DNA from: Camelus ferus
Lineage: Eukaryota
Assembly: GCF_009834535.1 (NCBI RefSeq)
Contig: NC_045696.1
Location: forward strand, 17,362,001-17,426,000
Direction of reading: 5' to 3'
DNA: 64,000 bases
Shown: in pieces, positions 50,151-64,000 of the stretch
How the letters are laid out: each line of letters begins with the position of its first letter
How positions within the stretch are numbered: the stretch's first letter is position 1
Made by a program: the position numbers and the translations under genes
The notes under the pieces: generated by a model
What the model saw: only the letters and a program-made list of their open reading frames with translations
Database searches by the model: none
What the model was told of the DNA's origin: nothing

Positions 50151-52814
50151 AACATACTTCTTAATCTTTTCAGCCCTATCCTGGTCATCTTTCACTTTAA
50201 GAACACCCTCAATTTTAAACTTCACGTTATCCTTTTTTTATGTTATTCTTTCTTTATGAGAACTAAACTGGTTATCAAAACAAGATTCTCCTACGCTAAT
50301 AAATTTGGCAAGACTGCTAAATGCCCATCTAATATCCCCTCTACTTTCTTACCACAAAGTTCTGATTTTATTTGTATTGTTAGTAAGGCCAGCTTTAAGC
50401 AAAACTGATACTATAAGTTGTTTTCTCACCTTTTGCCATGTAACACGTTTTGGCCAATGAGATAAAGGTGGAAGTCCCGGAGGAACCTCCAGGGGCTCAG
50501 GGAAGTACTTTTTCCCCGACAAAACAGATAGTTATTTTCTGTTTAGGTGACATAACTAAAGTCACAGACTTTCTGTTGAAGCACATTGTAAGTAGCTAAA
50601 ATTTCCAGAGCACAATGCATGTATCTAAAAATATTGTTTAGGATTTTTTATAATATATATTTAGCAACTTATCATGAAAAGTAAGAATCTAAAAAGACTG
50701 TTTTGTAATAAACACTTATAATTCAGTTTATTCCAATTTACATTAACAATTTTGTTTAAGTTTGGGGGAAGAAAATCCTTATAGAGTCAAAAAAATAGCT
50801 CTGATTTCTAATGGAACTGCCAGAGAAATTCTTTAATTAGTATTTCTAAATTGAACTGTTTTAACTGAAAATATTAAATGTAAATATGTATATATATAAA
50901 ACAAGAACTTTTAATTTTTAATGATGTGCTTATTTGACTCATGTCTTATAACAGGGATCTCTGTTTCATGTTACAAGTTTCTTGAGTAAAACGACTGAGA
51001 TCTATGATAAACATCTGCTAGGGATACACCATCACATATTGCTTATAGCTATATTTTAAAAAAGCACACAAAAAAGTCAAAGAAGTAGTCTTGGTACTTA
51101 AATTATTTTTTTTTTTTTTTGATGGTCAAGAACTGGCTGTTAGTTTTGCTCCCAGTTTCTAGGTTAATGACATGTTAAGTGTTCTTTCTGTGGTTCTAAT
51201 GCAGAAATTCCTTTTATGTTTGAGTTAAGCCATCTTTACTTTTTAGACACCTAAAAGATATTTGATGTTAAAATTAAAATGAAATTGCTTTCTTTACACA
51301 TCAATACTCATTATAATAAGACATGTCGATTTACTATACAGCTAAAATTCAAACTAATTAATAATTAAAATGGATTATGACTACCAGAACCATGGACATT
51401 ATTGGACATGAGAATATTATGTTGTTTACAAAAAAAAGTGGCCTTCATAAGCACACGGGGGTCCAGCTGACTGAGCAGGCTGATATGATCACTGGAAATT
51501 CAGAATAAACTACATCAAAGTTCTCAATCCACTGCAAACATAAATATAACTTTGGTGCCTGTGTTCTTTCCAGTTACCTGTCCTGTCTTTTCCAAATTCA
51601 CCCAGCTCCACCAAACCTCTTTTCTTCTATCCATAGCTTATTAATCCTCCAGTGACCAGTTGTTTCACCTACCCTATGAATCCTCTCTCACATTCTAGCC
51701 AATGCTGGTGTTTGATTTTGAGTTCCTACAGTGTCTATGGTTTTTCATTCATTTTGATGGCTTGTCATTCTTATTCTTATTTCCACCCTTTCAAAAAATA
51801 GCAACAGAGCATCTGTAATGGGTTAAAAATGATGAATATAAACATATAAAGACAGGTTTAATGGGTATGTACTTTCTGTCTAACTTGTTTATTTTCAGTA
51901 ACATACATTTTGTAGAATATTAAACATCGAATCAAAGTTAACATCCATTCCTGATGGTATAGATAAAGATATTATTAACTAAATTCTTACTGTCGGTCTA
52001 ATACTACCTTAAGACCAATATATACGTTTTATTCTTCTACATGGACAAAATTCAAGAGGATGGAAGGATTATTTTTCTCACTACCCTTTTAAAACTAATC
52101 TGAAGATGATTATTTCTACCAAGCCATTAGATGAACAATTGAGCTGGCCTAGTAACATTCTCAGTCACTCTTGGAAAAAAAAAAAAATCCCTTTAGGTGT
52201 TTTAAGCTTAAATGGCCCATGTCAATAATTAAATATCCATTCCAGTGTAAAATGAAAATAATTAAAATTAAAACTCCTTTCCTCCCAGCTGGGTACGGCT
52301 TCAGGCCCAGGGATGCGGAATGACAGAGTGGATGTGGCTGGTTTTGTGTCTGATCCCCGTTCTCGCTGTACTTCCACTCTCCCCACACATTCCTGGGTTT
52401 CTCTAGTCCTCCAGGATTTGATCCAGGGATAAGGTGATTAATGGAAAGGAGATTTTCTTGCTTGGAAGTGTTTTTGCGCTCTGACATCAAGGCATTGTGG
52501 GAGGTTAGAGCTCATTCTTTCTTCCATGGGAACTTTTAGGAGTCTTTTTGGTTTTTTCTTTTTTTAGATTCTCCCTCCCCTCAGACCCTCTTACTGACAT
52601 TTCCTTGAGTCTCCCCATGACTACTGCTTACAGTTATCTCCCTCAGCACCTGGGCTGCTGGTGCCTCATCCACATTGACTCTCTGACGGTATCAGCTTGC
52701 ACAGCACACGAGGAACTCCCTCCCCTAAAGATCACTTCCCTCGATAGCAGTCTCTTGAATTTCATAAAACCTGATAGGTAATGGGGTTCCCAAATCAGTT
52801 TTAAACATCCCTCA

Positions 52815-53384
52815 ACAATCCAACATAAATTCATTCATTAAATCAACAAATATTGATTGAGTTCCCTGGAACCATTCTGGACAGGGGGAAACTTCAGTAA
52901 ACAAGCAGACAACAACTTCTGTTCTCATTGAGCTTAAAGCCTGTTGCGAGAATCAGAAAACAAATAAGACTTTAAAAAAATAAAATACTATGTGTGATGG
53001 TTAAATTTTATGTATCAACTTAGCTAAGCTATGTGCCTGGTTTTTAGTCAAACATTAGTGTAGAATTTTCTAGGGAGGTATTTTGTAGATGTGACTAACA
53101 TAGTATACAACCTGTTGACTTTAAGGAAATCACTTTGGCCTTGTCCAATTAATTAGTTGATTACTTCAAGAGTGTAGCATAGAAATCCTACCTGAATTTC
53201 CAGCCTTGTGGCCTGCCCTTTATTAAGTTTCAGACTCAAGACCACAGCACCAACTCCTATAGGAGTTTTCAGGCAGGCAGTCTGCCCTGTTGATTTCAGA
53301 GTTACGATACCCTACAATCACATGAGACAATTCCTTAAAATAAATCTCATAATATATACTAAGAGAATATATAGGATGAATGAT

Positions 53385-53419
<35 letters not shown>

Positions 53420-53780
53420 ATTTTTCTCTGAAGTATTCTGAACACTATATTATTAGTTAGTGGTAAGTATTTAGTAGAAAAATTAAAAACTGAAGAGAAT
53501 GTGAAGCACACGTGTATGTGTATAAAAGTGGATGGATAATTTTTAGGTAAGGTATCCAGAGAAGTCCTCACTGAAAAGGAGACTTTTGAGTAGAGATAAG
53601 GAAAGGGAGCCAGTCCTGGGACTATGTCGAGGGGAGAGTGTTCCAGGTAAAGTGAACAGCATTTGCAAAGGACCCTGAGCTGAGCCCATAACTATCTGTT
53701 CAAGGGACAATGGAGAAGGCTGTCAGTGAGTGAAGTAAAGGGGTAGAAATAGCAAATGAGATCAGACAAGTCATACAGGC
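52815..53780 (-). mobile_element. L2 split by an MLT2 LTR
   Basis: TTCATTCATTAAATCAACAAATATTGATTGAG on the left; GTTCCAGGTAAAGTGAACAGCATTTGCAAAGG on the right. Confidence 0.7.
52993..53420 (+). mobile_element. ERVL LTR (MLT2-like) ending in (CA)n
   Basis: TGTGATGGTTAAATTTTATGTATCAACTTAGCTAAGC...CAATCACATGAGACAATTCCTTAAAATAAATCTC; (CA)n at ~53385-53408. Confidence 0.8.
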
Positions 53781-54409
53781 CGAATCACGACCACACATGC
53801 GTGGCTTAGTCCTGTGTGCGTGTGAACTGTACAAAACTGGAGGGCAGCCGCAGAGGATCAGACAGCAAAATTTTAGTCCTCACCTCTGTGCTTCACCAAA
53901 ACATCAATCACAAATGATCTAATATCCTGTAATAAAAATGTTCACTGGTTTGATCCTTACCAAAAATTTCAAGTCCAATAATATTTCTCCAATTATAGAT
54001 TAGAAAAAGGAAATTATAACATTTTATATTTATATTATAGTTCACTCAAATCACAGACTACATCAGTGAGTATATTTGATACACAAAGTCCTAGCATGCA
54101 TTGATTACATACACTGGAAATTTAATTATGTACATTATTTATGATGCATTGATTAATAAATGATTTTTTAGTATTTGTTTGAAATAAGATATTTAAAACT
54201 ATTCCAATTTCAATAATAATATGTTGTACACTTAAAATTTTGTTAGGAGGTTGCTCTCATGTGAAGTATTCCTATAACAATAAAATAAAAATTAAAAAAA
54301 GAATGATAGCTCACAACTCCTTTTAAAACCACTACATGATTGGTATATTATGTATTCATTAACAATCATAGAAAATTTTTTTAATTTTTAAAAAGAAATA
54401 CGTTGCTGT

Positions 54410-55172
54410 ATATATCAAACTAAAAGTCTTCTACCCAAGGAAAGAAATCATTAATATAATGAAGATGTAACTTATGGAATGGAAGCAAATATTTGTAAAT
54501 TATATATCTGAAAAGAGGTAAATATCTATAAATATACAAAAAAAAATTCATACAACTCAATATATAGGATCTAAATAGACATTTTCCCAAAGAAGTTTTC
54601 TAGATGGCCAACAGGTGCATTAAAAGATGCTCAACATCACTAATCATCAAAGAAATACAAAGCAAAACCACAAGACATTACTTCACACCTGTTAGAATGG
54701 CTATTATTAATTGATAAGAAATAGCTAGTGTTGGGCAGAATGTGGGAAAAAGGAAATACTTGTGCACTATTGGTGGGAATGTACATTTGTGCAGCTAGTA
54801 TGAAAAACAGTTTGCAGATTCTTCAAAAATTAAAAATGGAATACCATATAATCCAACAATTCCATGTCTGGGTATTTACCCATAATGGGGAAAAGACACC
54901 CACCCACCCATGTCCATTGCAGTATTATTTATAATAAAAAAGACATGGAAAGAACATAAATGTCCATGGAAGCATAAGGTACAAAGAAAACGTGGCTATA
55001 TATGTATACACACACACATACACACACGCACACACAATGGGGCATTATTCAGCCATTAAAGAGAATGAGATCTTGCCATTTGCAACAGCATGGAAGGACT
55101 TTTGGGCATTATAATAAATGAAATAAGTCAGACAGAGAAAGAGAAACACCATACGATTTCACTTATATGTGA
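54410..55172 (+). mobile_element. L1 ORF2-end/3'UTR fragment
   Basis: AGATGCTCAACATCACTAATCATC, CACACCTGTTAGAATGGCTATTAT, ATCTTGCCATTTGCAACAGCATGG. Confidence 0.92.
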
Positions 55173-56144
55173 ATAGAAGTCACTGTGATTTCCAGTATGT
55201 GGTAAATTGAGAGCAATAGTTCATTTTTACTTTGAAGAACAAAAATATTTCAACTACTCAGATGCCTCAAGCTAGATGCAGGATTTGTTGCATAAGCACT
55301 ATATGTGTCTGACATACCACAGGCCAAAAAACCTTTCAAATTTTAATTTGGAAAACCAAAAAAGAAAGTGCTAACCAATTTCTTAGCATGTTTCCGGTCC
55401 TTTATTACATTCAGCAAATTACTTGAACCATGAAGACTCTCCTACTAGAACAATAGCAAAATCATTGATGTGGGTTTTCTGTAATAAGCTCAGCTGGGGA
55501 TTAAGTGACAAATGTCTGCTCCATCAGCAACAGTAATTGGTAATCAGTGCTGCTCTTCTTTTGTACGATTGATCATCTAGCTGAGCGTTAACAGTGATGC
55601 TACAACATATGCAGAATTAAGTCTTGGTATAACTTCCTTATTTGTAAAGAGAAAAAAACTTGGCAACCTAAATACTTATGAACTTATTATAGGGAACTCT
55701 TAGTGCCTCTGGGACAATATGAAACATAATAAATGAGTTAAGCCATAATTTGGTCATGCCTAAATTGTCTTGGCATGATTCTATCTTTTACTTAACTTCA
55801 GCTTACAAAGATAAGAGCAAATCCATGATGGGAAAAGAAGATAGCACAATGATTCTGATAATTTTGTATTATCTCAATCCTAAATGATGAACTTGGTGCA
55901 TTTAGAACCTTAGAATGCTATTTAATGGATGTTAAAGCCACTTTTTATAAACACTTTTACTTAAAAAAAAATCATACAGGGATATTGGAGCTGTCCATTT
56001 CCATTGTTTCTAAGGTGTATTTGAATCATGACAAAATGCACTTAATTCCAACATTTACAGTTGGGTGCAGCCTTCCAGTGCTAGCACATCTCTGTATGTT
56101 TCCTGCCTCCAAGTTACAACGTAGGACTTAGATTCCATGATTAG

Positions 56145-56335
56145 ACATATTGCATTTAAATCTGGGCTCTGACACCTAGTGACCTAGTGACAATACAGTC
56201 TTGAACAGGATAATTCATCACTCTGAGCTTCAGTTTCCTCATTTGTAAAAGTAATATTAAATTGTCATCCTCGTAGAGTTTTTGTTAGGTTCGATGAAAT
56301 AGTTTATGAAAAGTATTTAGAATAGCGCTTGGGTT
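56145..56335 (+). mobile_element. MIR
   Basis: CTCTGAGCTTCAGTTTCCTCATTTGTAAAAGT...AAAGTATTTAGAATAGCGCTTGG. Confidence 0.75.
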
Positions 56336-57547
56336 TGTTATTCATCTGCTGCAGTTAAGTTTATGTTCATCTCTATTTTGGGTGGTGACGATATTAACTC
56401 CTTCCATGCAATTTCTGGGTAGTCTATGCATAATTCATTGTAACTGCAACTCTGAACCTCTTTTAGTTTTCACTGTCATCATTCTTTCACTTACATTCAA
56501 GTCTTTTTTCCCTCTTTTTTATATGATTCCTCATAACTGATTCCTTTCTTAAATTTGTCTTTTATTTGGACAATTTGATAATTGACATAGGGTAAAAAGA
56601 TCTTAAAATCCTCTCAGTTAAAGACACTTTTTAAATCTAATATCCCCATTAGTGTCCTGTGAAGCCTTGTCTTTTGTATGTCTCATAAAAGGAAAAACAA
56701 AGGTAGAAAGCTTCCTCTGATTTCAATATAACATATATTATCTTTAAAAGTGATTTTAAATTTGTCAGGAGAGCAAATTGTTATCTATAGAGATATTGCC
56801 TTTTAACCAAGTCTTTGGCAAAACTGTCACTACTCTGTTTTTTTTATTACACTTCCTGGTGCAAGATTAAAAAACATGAATTTTATTAATGAGTCACAAG
56901 AATTTCTCCATCTTCCTTGAAACCTCAATGCACAATGTTTTCTAGATTGGTAAATAGAAAATAATAGTTATAACATAAACATTGCATTTAACACTTGACT
57001 GAGATTTCAGGCTTTCCTCATTTACAGAGCTGTTATTTATAACTCACACTTGCAGGGCATAGAAAAATGAGATATTTTCCCTTGGCTTACAGCCAACACT
57101 AAAAGCAACTACAGTGAATCATTAGTTACCTTAAGAATTTACCACTTTCTCAAATTGGATTCTTTGTCCTGCAAGCTCAGAAACCAGAGAAGGTTTTTCA
57201 AATAGAATAAATCCATGTCTAAATCTGAGCAGAAACTTTTACCAACAATATGAGACTGACAAATTTTTATTCATTTCAAGTGAGAAAGAAAAGAAATTAC
57301 ATATAACAATGCAATTTTTATGTTAGCATAAAAAATACATCCTTTTTCTCTAATCTTATGAGTAGTCCAGTCATCTTGGTAGGCTCTTTAAAAACTGTGT
57401 AACCAGAACAGAGAAAATTATTTGGTGTTTAATGTATTAATGTACCTATCTCTGCAAAAAATAGGTCATTGCCAGTGTGGCTAGAATATTCAATTTTTTC
57501 AATTAAGAAGTTACCTCTCCTGCTATATTAACCATGATTTTGAATAT

Positions 57548-57878
57548 TGGTTATCTTTAGCTGCATAAAGCTACATAAAAATAAGCTATAATCTCAGTGA
57601 TTTATAACAATTAATATTGCTTCCCAGTGATGAATATGCAGATGGCTCTTAGTAATTCTGGTCCAGGCTGTAGATTGGATTCAGCTCTGTCCTCCCAGTC
57701 TTCTCATTCAGGATTCAATCTGGCATGACAGTGGCTACCAAAGACTTGCTCTTTTCATGGAGGTGGCAGGAACAAAATTAACTAAGCCCACTATCAGTGG
57801 GGTTGGGAAGAATATTTCTTCCATTCAGGAAGGAAAAGGAGAGTCGATTTTTGCTCTGCGATAATATAATCTACCACA
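57548..57878 (-). mobile_element. Old MaLR LTR (MLT1J/K-like)
   Basis: GGTTATCTTTAGCTGCATAAAGCTAC...AATCTCAGTGATTTATAACAA...AATCTACCACA. Confidence 0.55.
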
Positions 57879-58849
57879 GATGCCTTCTGAAAGCATTAGC
57901 CCATGTAAATCTTCTCCTTTTCTGTGTTTGATGACTCAATTACCAATTTCTCATTTACTAGTCTTTCTTTATATGTGTCTGTATAAGTCTAGTCAACCCT
58001 GCAGGCCTAGGAATCATTTAATTTCCTAAATGGAGTTTTACTCACTCCTCTGATGAAATTTGTGTGATTCAAGCTTACTTTCCTTAAGTCAGTTGTTGGT
58101 TTGTTGATGCCTCATTATAGATCCCAGGTAATAATATATAAAACATAATTCAGCCATTATACTTAGAAAAATAAATAATATGCCTACACTAAATGAAGAA
58201 AAATGTTAAGTTCAGCATAAAATGATTTTTAAATATAATGTACAGTCATGGAATAAAAAAAATTGGTGGGTTAATAAAAACGCGAGTCAGAGATTGTAAT
58301 TTTTATGTAAGCCAACTAGTAGATTTTGGTGTCCATGGCCACAGGGTTGATGAATAACATTGTGTTCTAATAAATGGTGCCCCTGTACAGTTAATCATAG
58401 AGATCTCACTATTTACAACTCTTTCCCAATTTCTCTAAACAGTACTTCTAAAATTATTCTCAAACAGGTTAGCCTGCAATCCTTGAGTATGATAAAGTTT
58501 TTCCTATATTACATTAAATTATTATTGCTATTAGTATTACTATAAACTATTAAACTAATTTTTATAGCATTGAAAATCAGCACAAAATACAAGTAAATAA
58601 TATAGTATATTAAGACATTATATGATACTTGGAATGCACAAATTCTTCTATGTCTCTTGTTTTGACTTCTGTTCTATATTCTCATATTTCCAAATGCCTG
58701 ATGACAATCTTCATTGGATATCCAAGCAATATTTTAAACTCACAGTCAAAGTAAATTTGTAACATTTTCTTTCAGTTTGCTTCTGTTGTATTCTTGTATC
58801 TGTTTTGCATCCTCATATTCCCAGCTACAATGGATAGGTTGAAAAGCAA

Positions 58850-59180
58850 ATTATGTAGAACTAAAGAACATATTTGTTATCAGGAAGATAAAGCTAAATT
58901 TATTATCCAGAACTCAGCAGAAGAAACAAAGAGAAAGAAAAGATGAAAGATATGTAAAAAGAAAAGATGACAAATAAAAAGTCTCTAACATATTGGAGTT
59001 CTAAAAATGAATAAGAGAAAAGAGAGAATTTTCTGAGAGAAAATAACAAAAAATTCCAAATTTATAAAAGATACGAACTTCAGGAAGGAGGAAGCCCCAT
59101 GCAATATAAGTGAAATGAAAACCATGCTTATACACATAATAGTGAAAATGCAGGGCTTCAAGCACAAAAGATAAGCTGAT
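58850..59180 (+). mobile_element. Ancient L1 ORF1-region remnant
   Basis: TCTAACATATTGGAGTTCTAAAAATGAA...CACATAATAGTGAAAATGCAG, A-rich. Confidence 0.55.
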
Positions 59181-62100
59181 AAATGTTTTAACATCTATTT
59201 ATCCATCATTTCCAAAACTATATCAAATTTAAGAGACATCAAACAAGTAGCTCTTTGTAAGGATGCTCTGTAGCAGGTAACACATTCTTAACTTGCCTCA
59301 TGAAAAATTTTATTTTCTGGAAAGTTGAAAAACCAAAGAATGTAATTATAAAAGACACAATATTCATGGTCAATTAATAACCAGTTCCTAAGAAGAAATG
59401 AAAGAATAAGTCCACAATGAATTAACATTAATGAAACCTGGAGTGGAGTTGGGGGGACTATGAAATTCCAGGATATCTTAGATTTAAGAAAGATTTCACA
59501 AGTTTCAGAGAAAAAATTATAAACTCTTCAAAGTCTTAAATTTGAAAGATGATACCAAAAAAAAATTGTAAAGCTCCTCAGATTGACATTCTGAAAATGC
59601 GATTTTGGATGTGAAAATAAGAAGGAAAAGATGAATTATTTAAGGATATCATATGTAACACAAAGCTCTAGCACAGATACATATATAAAATTAATGAATA
59701 TGAACAGAGAATGAGTACTTAAGAAAGAATAAGGACATTATAAACCTATAAGAATATTAAACTACTACTTGCAAAAATGCAAAAATTAGGAGCAGATTTT
59801 CTTGGCACTATTTGGAGGAGGAGAAAAAGAACAATGTGATCTGAGTCTGCTGCTTGGAATGGATGGATGGTAAATTCTATCAACATCTATCTATGTTGAT
59901 AGAAAATACAGCCACAGAATCATCAAATCCATCTTATTTCCCTTCCTTTTGTTTCAGTCAATTATATTAACATAAAAATTAATAGAAAAATTGATGAGAA
60001 AAAGATACTCAAAGGCAATTGAGAAAAAGCTAAAAAGAACAACTAGCTTGCTAAATCAGTCTAAGACAAATAGCTCAGACCATTTACCCCTTAGTATACT
60101 GAAAGAATTTGTAGATGATATTAAAGCAATGTCAATTGTATGATAGGAATTATGAGACTATGAAGATGGTGGACAGAAAAATATAAACTAAATTTCTCCC
60201 CAAAAGCAGGGTAAGTAGAAACTCCAGTGAGAGGTTAATATTGGTAATATTTAATATCGTTTATTGTTATATTAGCTTATTGATTTGTAGGCACCTAGAA
60301 AAGGAAATAACATTCTAAATGTCTAATAATAGAAAGTAGGACAAACATGGATTGCATTTAACAGGAGAGATAATGTTTGCATTATTCCCTGTGCTGATTA
60401 TTTTCCCCTGGAGTGCCGAGTTGGTTTAAGGATAATGGAAGCAATTAGAACCATACATTTTAGGAAATGGTGGAGGAAATGGAAGAAGGTTAGCTAGGAG
60501 AAGGAAATATGTAAAAGACTATCATGACTGGAAAAAGGAATTAGATATATTTGGCATGATTCTGGCAAGACAGAAAATGAATACAGTAATACCAGGTAGA
60601 TGCAATCTAGTGAGCTGCCTCTCAGGGTGAAAAAATTATTTTTTTAAAAGAGTTAAAACTGAGGATGCCTTGGGGATGTTTAGAGAATACAAGAAATATT
60701 GAAATGTTAGAACTTACGACCTTAAAGATCTTGTCCTTGTTAACAGAATGATAGATTGTTCACTAATGGCTGCAATTATTGTGCTAACCCCTACAACACT
60801 AGGAGAGAAAAGTAAAATCAGCTTATATTTAGCTATTATTTATATCATCATTGTCACTATAAAATGCTTCTATCAGCTATGAAGTCACTTACCAAGACCT
60901 ACAGTTTGTATCATTTAAAACTGGACCAATTCCTGGAAAAATATGCTGTAGAGAATGGTTTTGCATGGCAAAGTGATGCCACAGTTGACCGAATAGGTCT
61001 TACTTGCAAGTAATTTCTTCAGAACTATAAGGTAACACATAGGCAATTATACTGTATAGTAAATTATTCTACATATCTATTATAGGCATTATGTTGCCAA
61101 ATGCAATACATTTTGTCCCATTTTATCTGTAAATCAACATAATTAACATATACTTTATAGCTGTCGTAGCTCATATATCTTCTAATTCACAATATTTAGT
61201 AGCAAGATAATTACATCATCTTTCTATAAAAGAACATCGGGCACAAGACACATTTTCTTACAAGAGATTTTCCTTCAATAGGTGGACAAATCTATTTAAT
61301 AGCAAGTATATTTTCAACATGAAAATAAAGTTCTAGTCAGATAACATGCCAAATATAATGCCATGATTTGATTATCCCACTCAAAACACAAAGTCATAAA
61401 AAACAAAAAATGTTAAAAGAAAAAATGTAAAAGGGACAAGTTAAATTCAAGATAGATACAAAGCAGTCAGTGAGTAAAATATATAGGTAGGATAGGTTTG
61501 AATCAGTAAGAAGGCATAAAAGGCTTTACCTCTTTGAGATAACAAAGATTTAAAGCGTCCTCTGAAAGGTGGGATCGTGCTGCTGAGTCCTTAAAATCAG
61601 AACCTGAGATAGCAGATAGCTCGCTCTCTCTTCCAAAAAGGCTAAGAAAAAAGACCTGATAGACTTTGTCCATTGTTACCATATTTATGTAGTATTCCTC
61701 TATATAATTTAGATTAGTGTTTTAAAGTATATTTTCACAGTAAGAATCTCTGTTTGAAAGGATCTTGGATGCCCAATTTATAAAACAAAGTCAAACTTGC
61801 CTTCATTTAAGCACAAGAAGCATTTGGTACCTCACCTTTCACTCTAGATATTTTGTCCCCTCTACTTTCATGAGGTTTGCAACATGCTTTCAGTCCTAGA
61901 GAATTAAGTTAAAACATAATATATGAGTTAGAATCCTAAAAAGACATATGTAATTATTTTTGTGTGATGTAAATTGGTATATTTCATAATATTTTCAGGT
62001 TTTTTAATGTAAATACACACATACACACACAGAAAATAACCTAAATCGAACAACAAAAAATAACAGTACCTCGCCTGAGTTGAAATCTCTCTTGTTTTTT

Positions 62101-63499
62101 CAACTCCAAATCCCAATTATTTCATATAATGATTTTATCTATTTTTAAAAATAAATCTTAAATCAAGGAAGAAGATAATCTAAACTTATACAGTTGGGAA
62201 ACTTTGTAAAGGACGACTTGCTATCTTTTTTCCCTCCCAAGTCTGAGGAACATGTATAGAAATGAACTTGAACACCATTGCACAATGTCTTATTAAAATG
62301 AATTCCAAAATCTCATTTACTTCATAGTACTTTGTTAACTTATTTTAAAAGTTACTTTAGAGTTTATTTGCTGATAAACCATGAAGAATTTTAATAAATT
62401 ACTGATGTTGCCCTTCAGGATTTTTTTTTTAAGTCAGAAATATGCATCTGCAGCTTTTGGATAAAATAGGAATACTTTCCAGTGTAGATAAAGAACAGTA
62501 GTCACGTAGGTAATGTCTGAACCACAGTGTGATATATAGCAAAGCAGCATAATATATCACAAGTACAAAACTGAGTACAAAGGACAGCAGTGCTATCAAC
62601 TTTGCATTCTGTAATTGATGTCTTGGCAATGCCAGCATGAGTGTCCATTAACATTTCATGTCAGCAGTGTTTCTTGAGGCATTTTAACTATGGGATTTTT
62701 TTTTTAAATTATTGGTCAAATCGAGGTATATGAAATGCGTATAAACATATCAACTATGATAAATGTTTTAGTGACTTCCAAAATGCTTTTTCAAGAACAA
62801 GTTATTTTATTTGTTTTGCAGAAATAGAGTTAGCTATTTTATCTCGTCTGGTGCACATTATATTTGTATGTAATGTGTTTTCATAGTGTTATAATTACTT
62901 ACACTATATTCAGATCTTCGTGCTTAAAATAGATATTTCAAAAATTTATCTGACTTAATCAAAGAAAACATGGTAAGGTTCTTGGCAATTTATATGAGAT
63001 GATCATGTGATATAAGTGTCCAGCACAGTGTCTGATGCTCATTAGATAAGTCTTTTCAATCTCTGTATTGCTAGTTCTTAACTTTTTGGTTCAGGTTCTA
63101 TGGTATTCTAGGAAAAAAACGTTAGTATGACAATATTGTCCCTTTTGCCTTGTATTTAAGACTATCAATTCCCTGGTTCTCAGTAATTTCATTTATACCT
63201 AGGATTTTAGCTGCCATCTTGAGGCTGTTTACAACTTTTAATAAAACTACAGTTTTTCCCTCTTGTATTTACTTATCATTTAAATATTAACTATATGCGT
63301 ATTTTGAGCTTTGCACAATGCTGAACAGATAATACAGTGGGTCAACAAGGCAAATGCATTTCCTATTTTTATGGACATTACATTCATTTGGGCATATCAG
63401 AAAATAAACAAGCATAATCAGGATTTCAACTTTGAACATGGTGTGATGGAAATGTCTGTCAGATATCTAAATGGAAGTGTCAGGAAGATTATTTGATAT

Positions 63500-64000
63500 A
63501 ACTAACCTGAATTCCACTTGTCTGGTCCATTGCCACCACAGGTAGAACATGACCAAACCTAAAGTTGTTATTGCTGACTCAATCTGATAATTTTTACTTA
63601 CAGCCTTTGAGAAAAGTAGCCTTCTTTATTCAGTCAACTAAGAAAATTAGGTATTATTCCAGACTCTCTCTACTCCCTACATCTAATTACCGAGACTTCC
63701 AATCCTAACTTCTTAAGGTGTTTGCAGTCTGTTCTTGCCATATTTATGTGTAACCTGGAGTACCATAACAGATTGCAAACTGACCTACCTGGTTTCTTTA
63801 TTAGGTTCTTCAAAGGGTCTTCCTCCAATGCAGATTTAGGCAGATCACTTGCCTGATTAAAACATGAATAATCACCACTTTATGTACCAAATACAAATGC
63901 CATAGAATGGACCAAAACCCCTTCCATTATCTGGGCCTGTTTTTACCTCCAACTATGTCTCTTACTTGTCTTTATCTAGAACTTCTTGCTTCAGCCACAG
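63500..64000 (+). mobile_element. Degenerate L2
   Basis: ACCTGGAGTACCATAACAG...TGACCTACCTGG...CAGATCACTTGCCTGATTAAAAC...CCATTATCTGGGCCTG. Confidence 0.5.

Noticed and set aside
1..64000. CRISPR arrays, operons or other prokaryotic systems
   Set aside because: Mammalian repeat landscape; no regularly spaced repeats or gene-dense coding.

Overview
AT-rich mammalian genomic DNA, very probably from a camelid (camel, llama or alpaca), because it holds three copies of a tRNA-derived SINE resembling camelid Vic-1. No recognisable protein-coding gene, RNA gene or CRISPR array is present; the supplied ORFs are chance or repeat-derived. The window is dominated by interspersed repeats: L1, L2, MIR, MaLR (MLT1), ERV1/ERVL LTRs, hAT elements and a decayed ERVL provirus at about 7.2-11.2 kb with readable RT and RNase H remnants. 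Repeat subfamily names are from memory of consensus sequences and need RepeatMasker/Dfam confirmation. The most interesting non-routine signals are: (1) an isolated CpG island at about 30.5-31.4 kb with NRF1, GC-box and CRE-like motifs; (2) an adjacent L1 fragment strongly shifted A/T to G/C only next to the island, suggesting GC-biased gene conversion at a recombination hotspot; (3) two well-formed minus-strand exon candidates (28694-28625 and 1270-~975) that would splice in frame to a 34-aa micro-ORF; (4) a twin-priming L1 inversion. These are hypotheses; I cannot demonstrate a new biological system from sequence alone.
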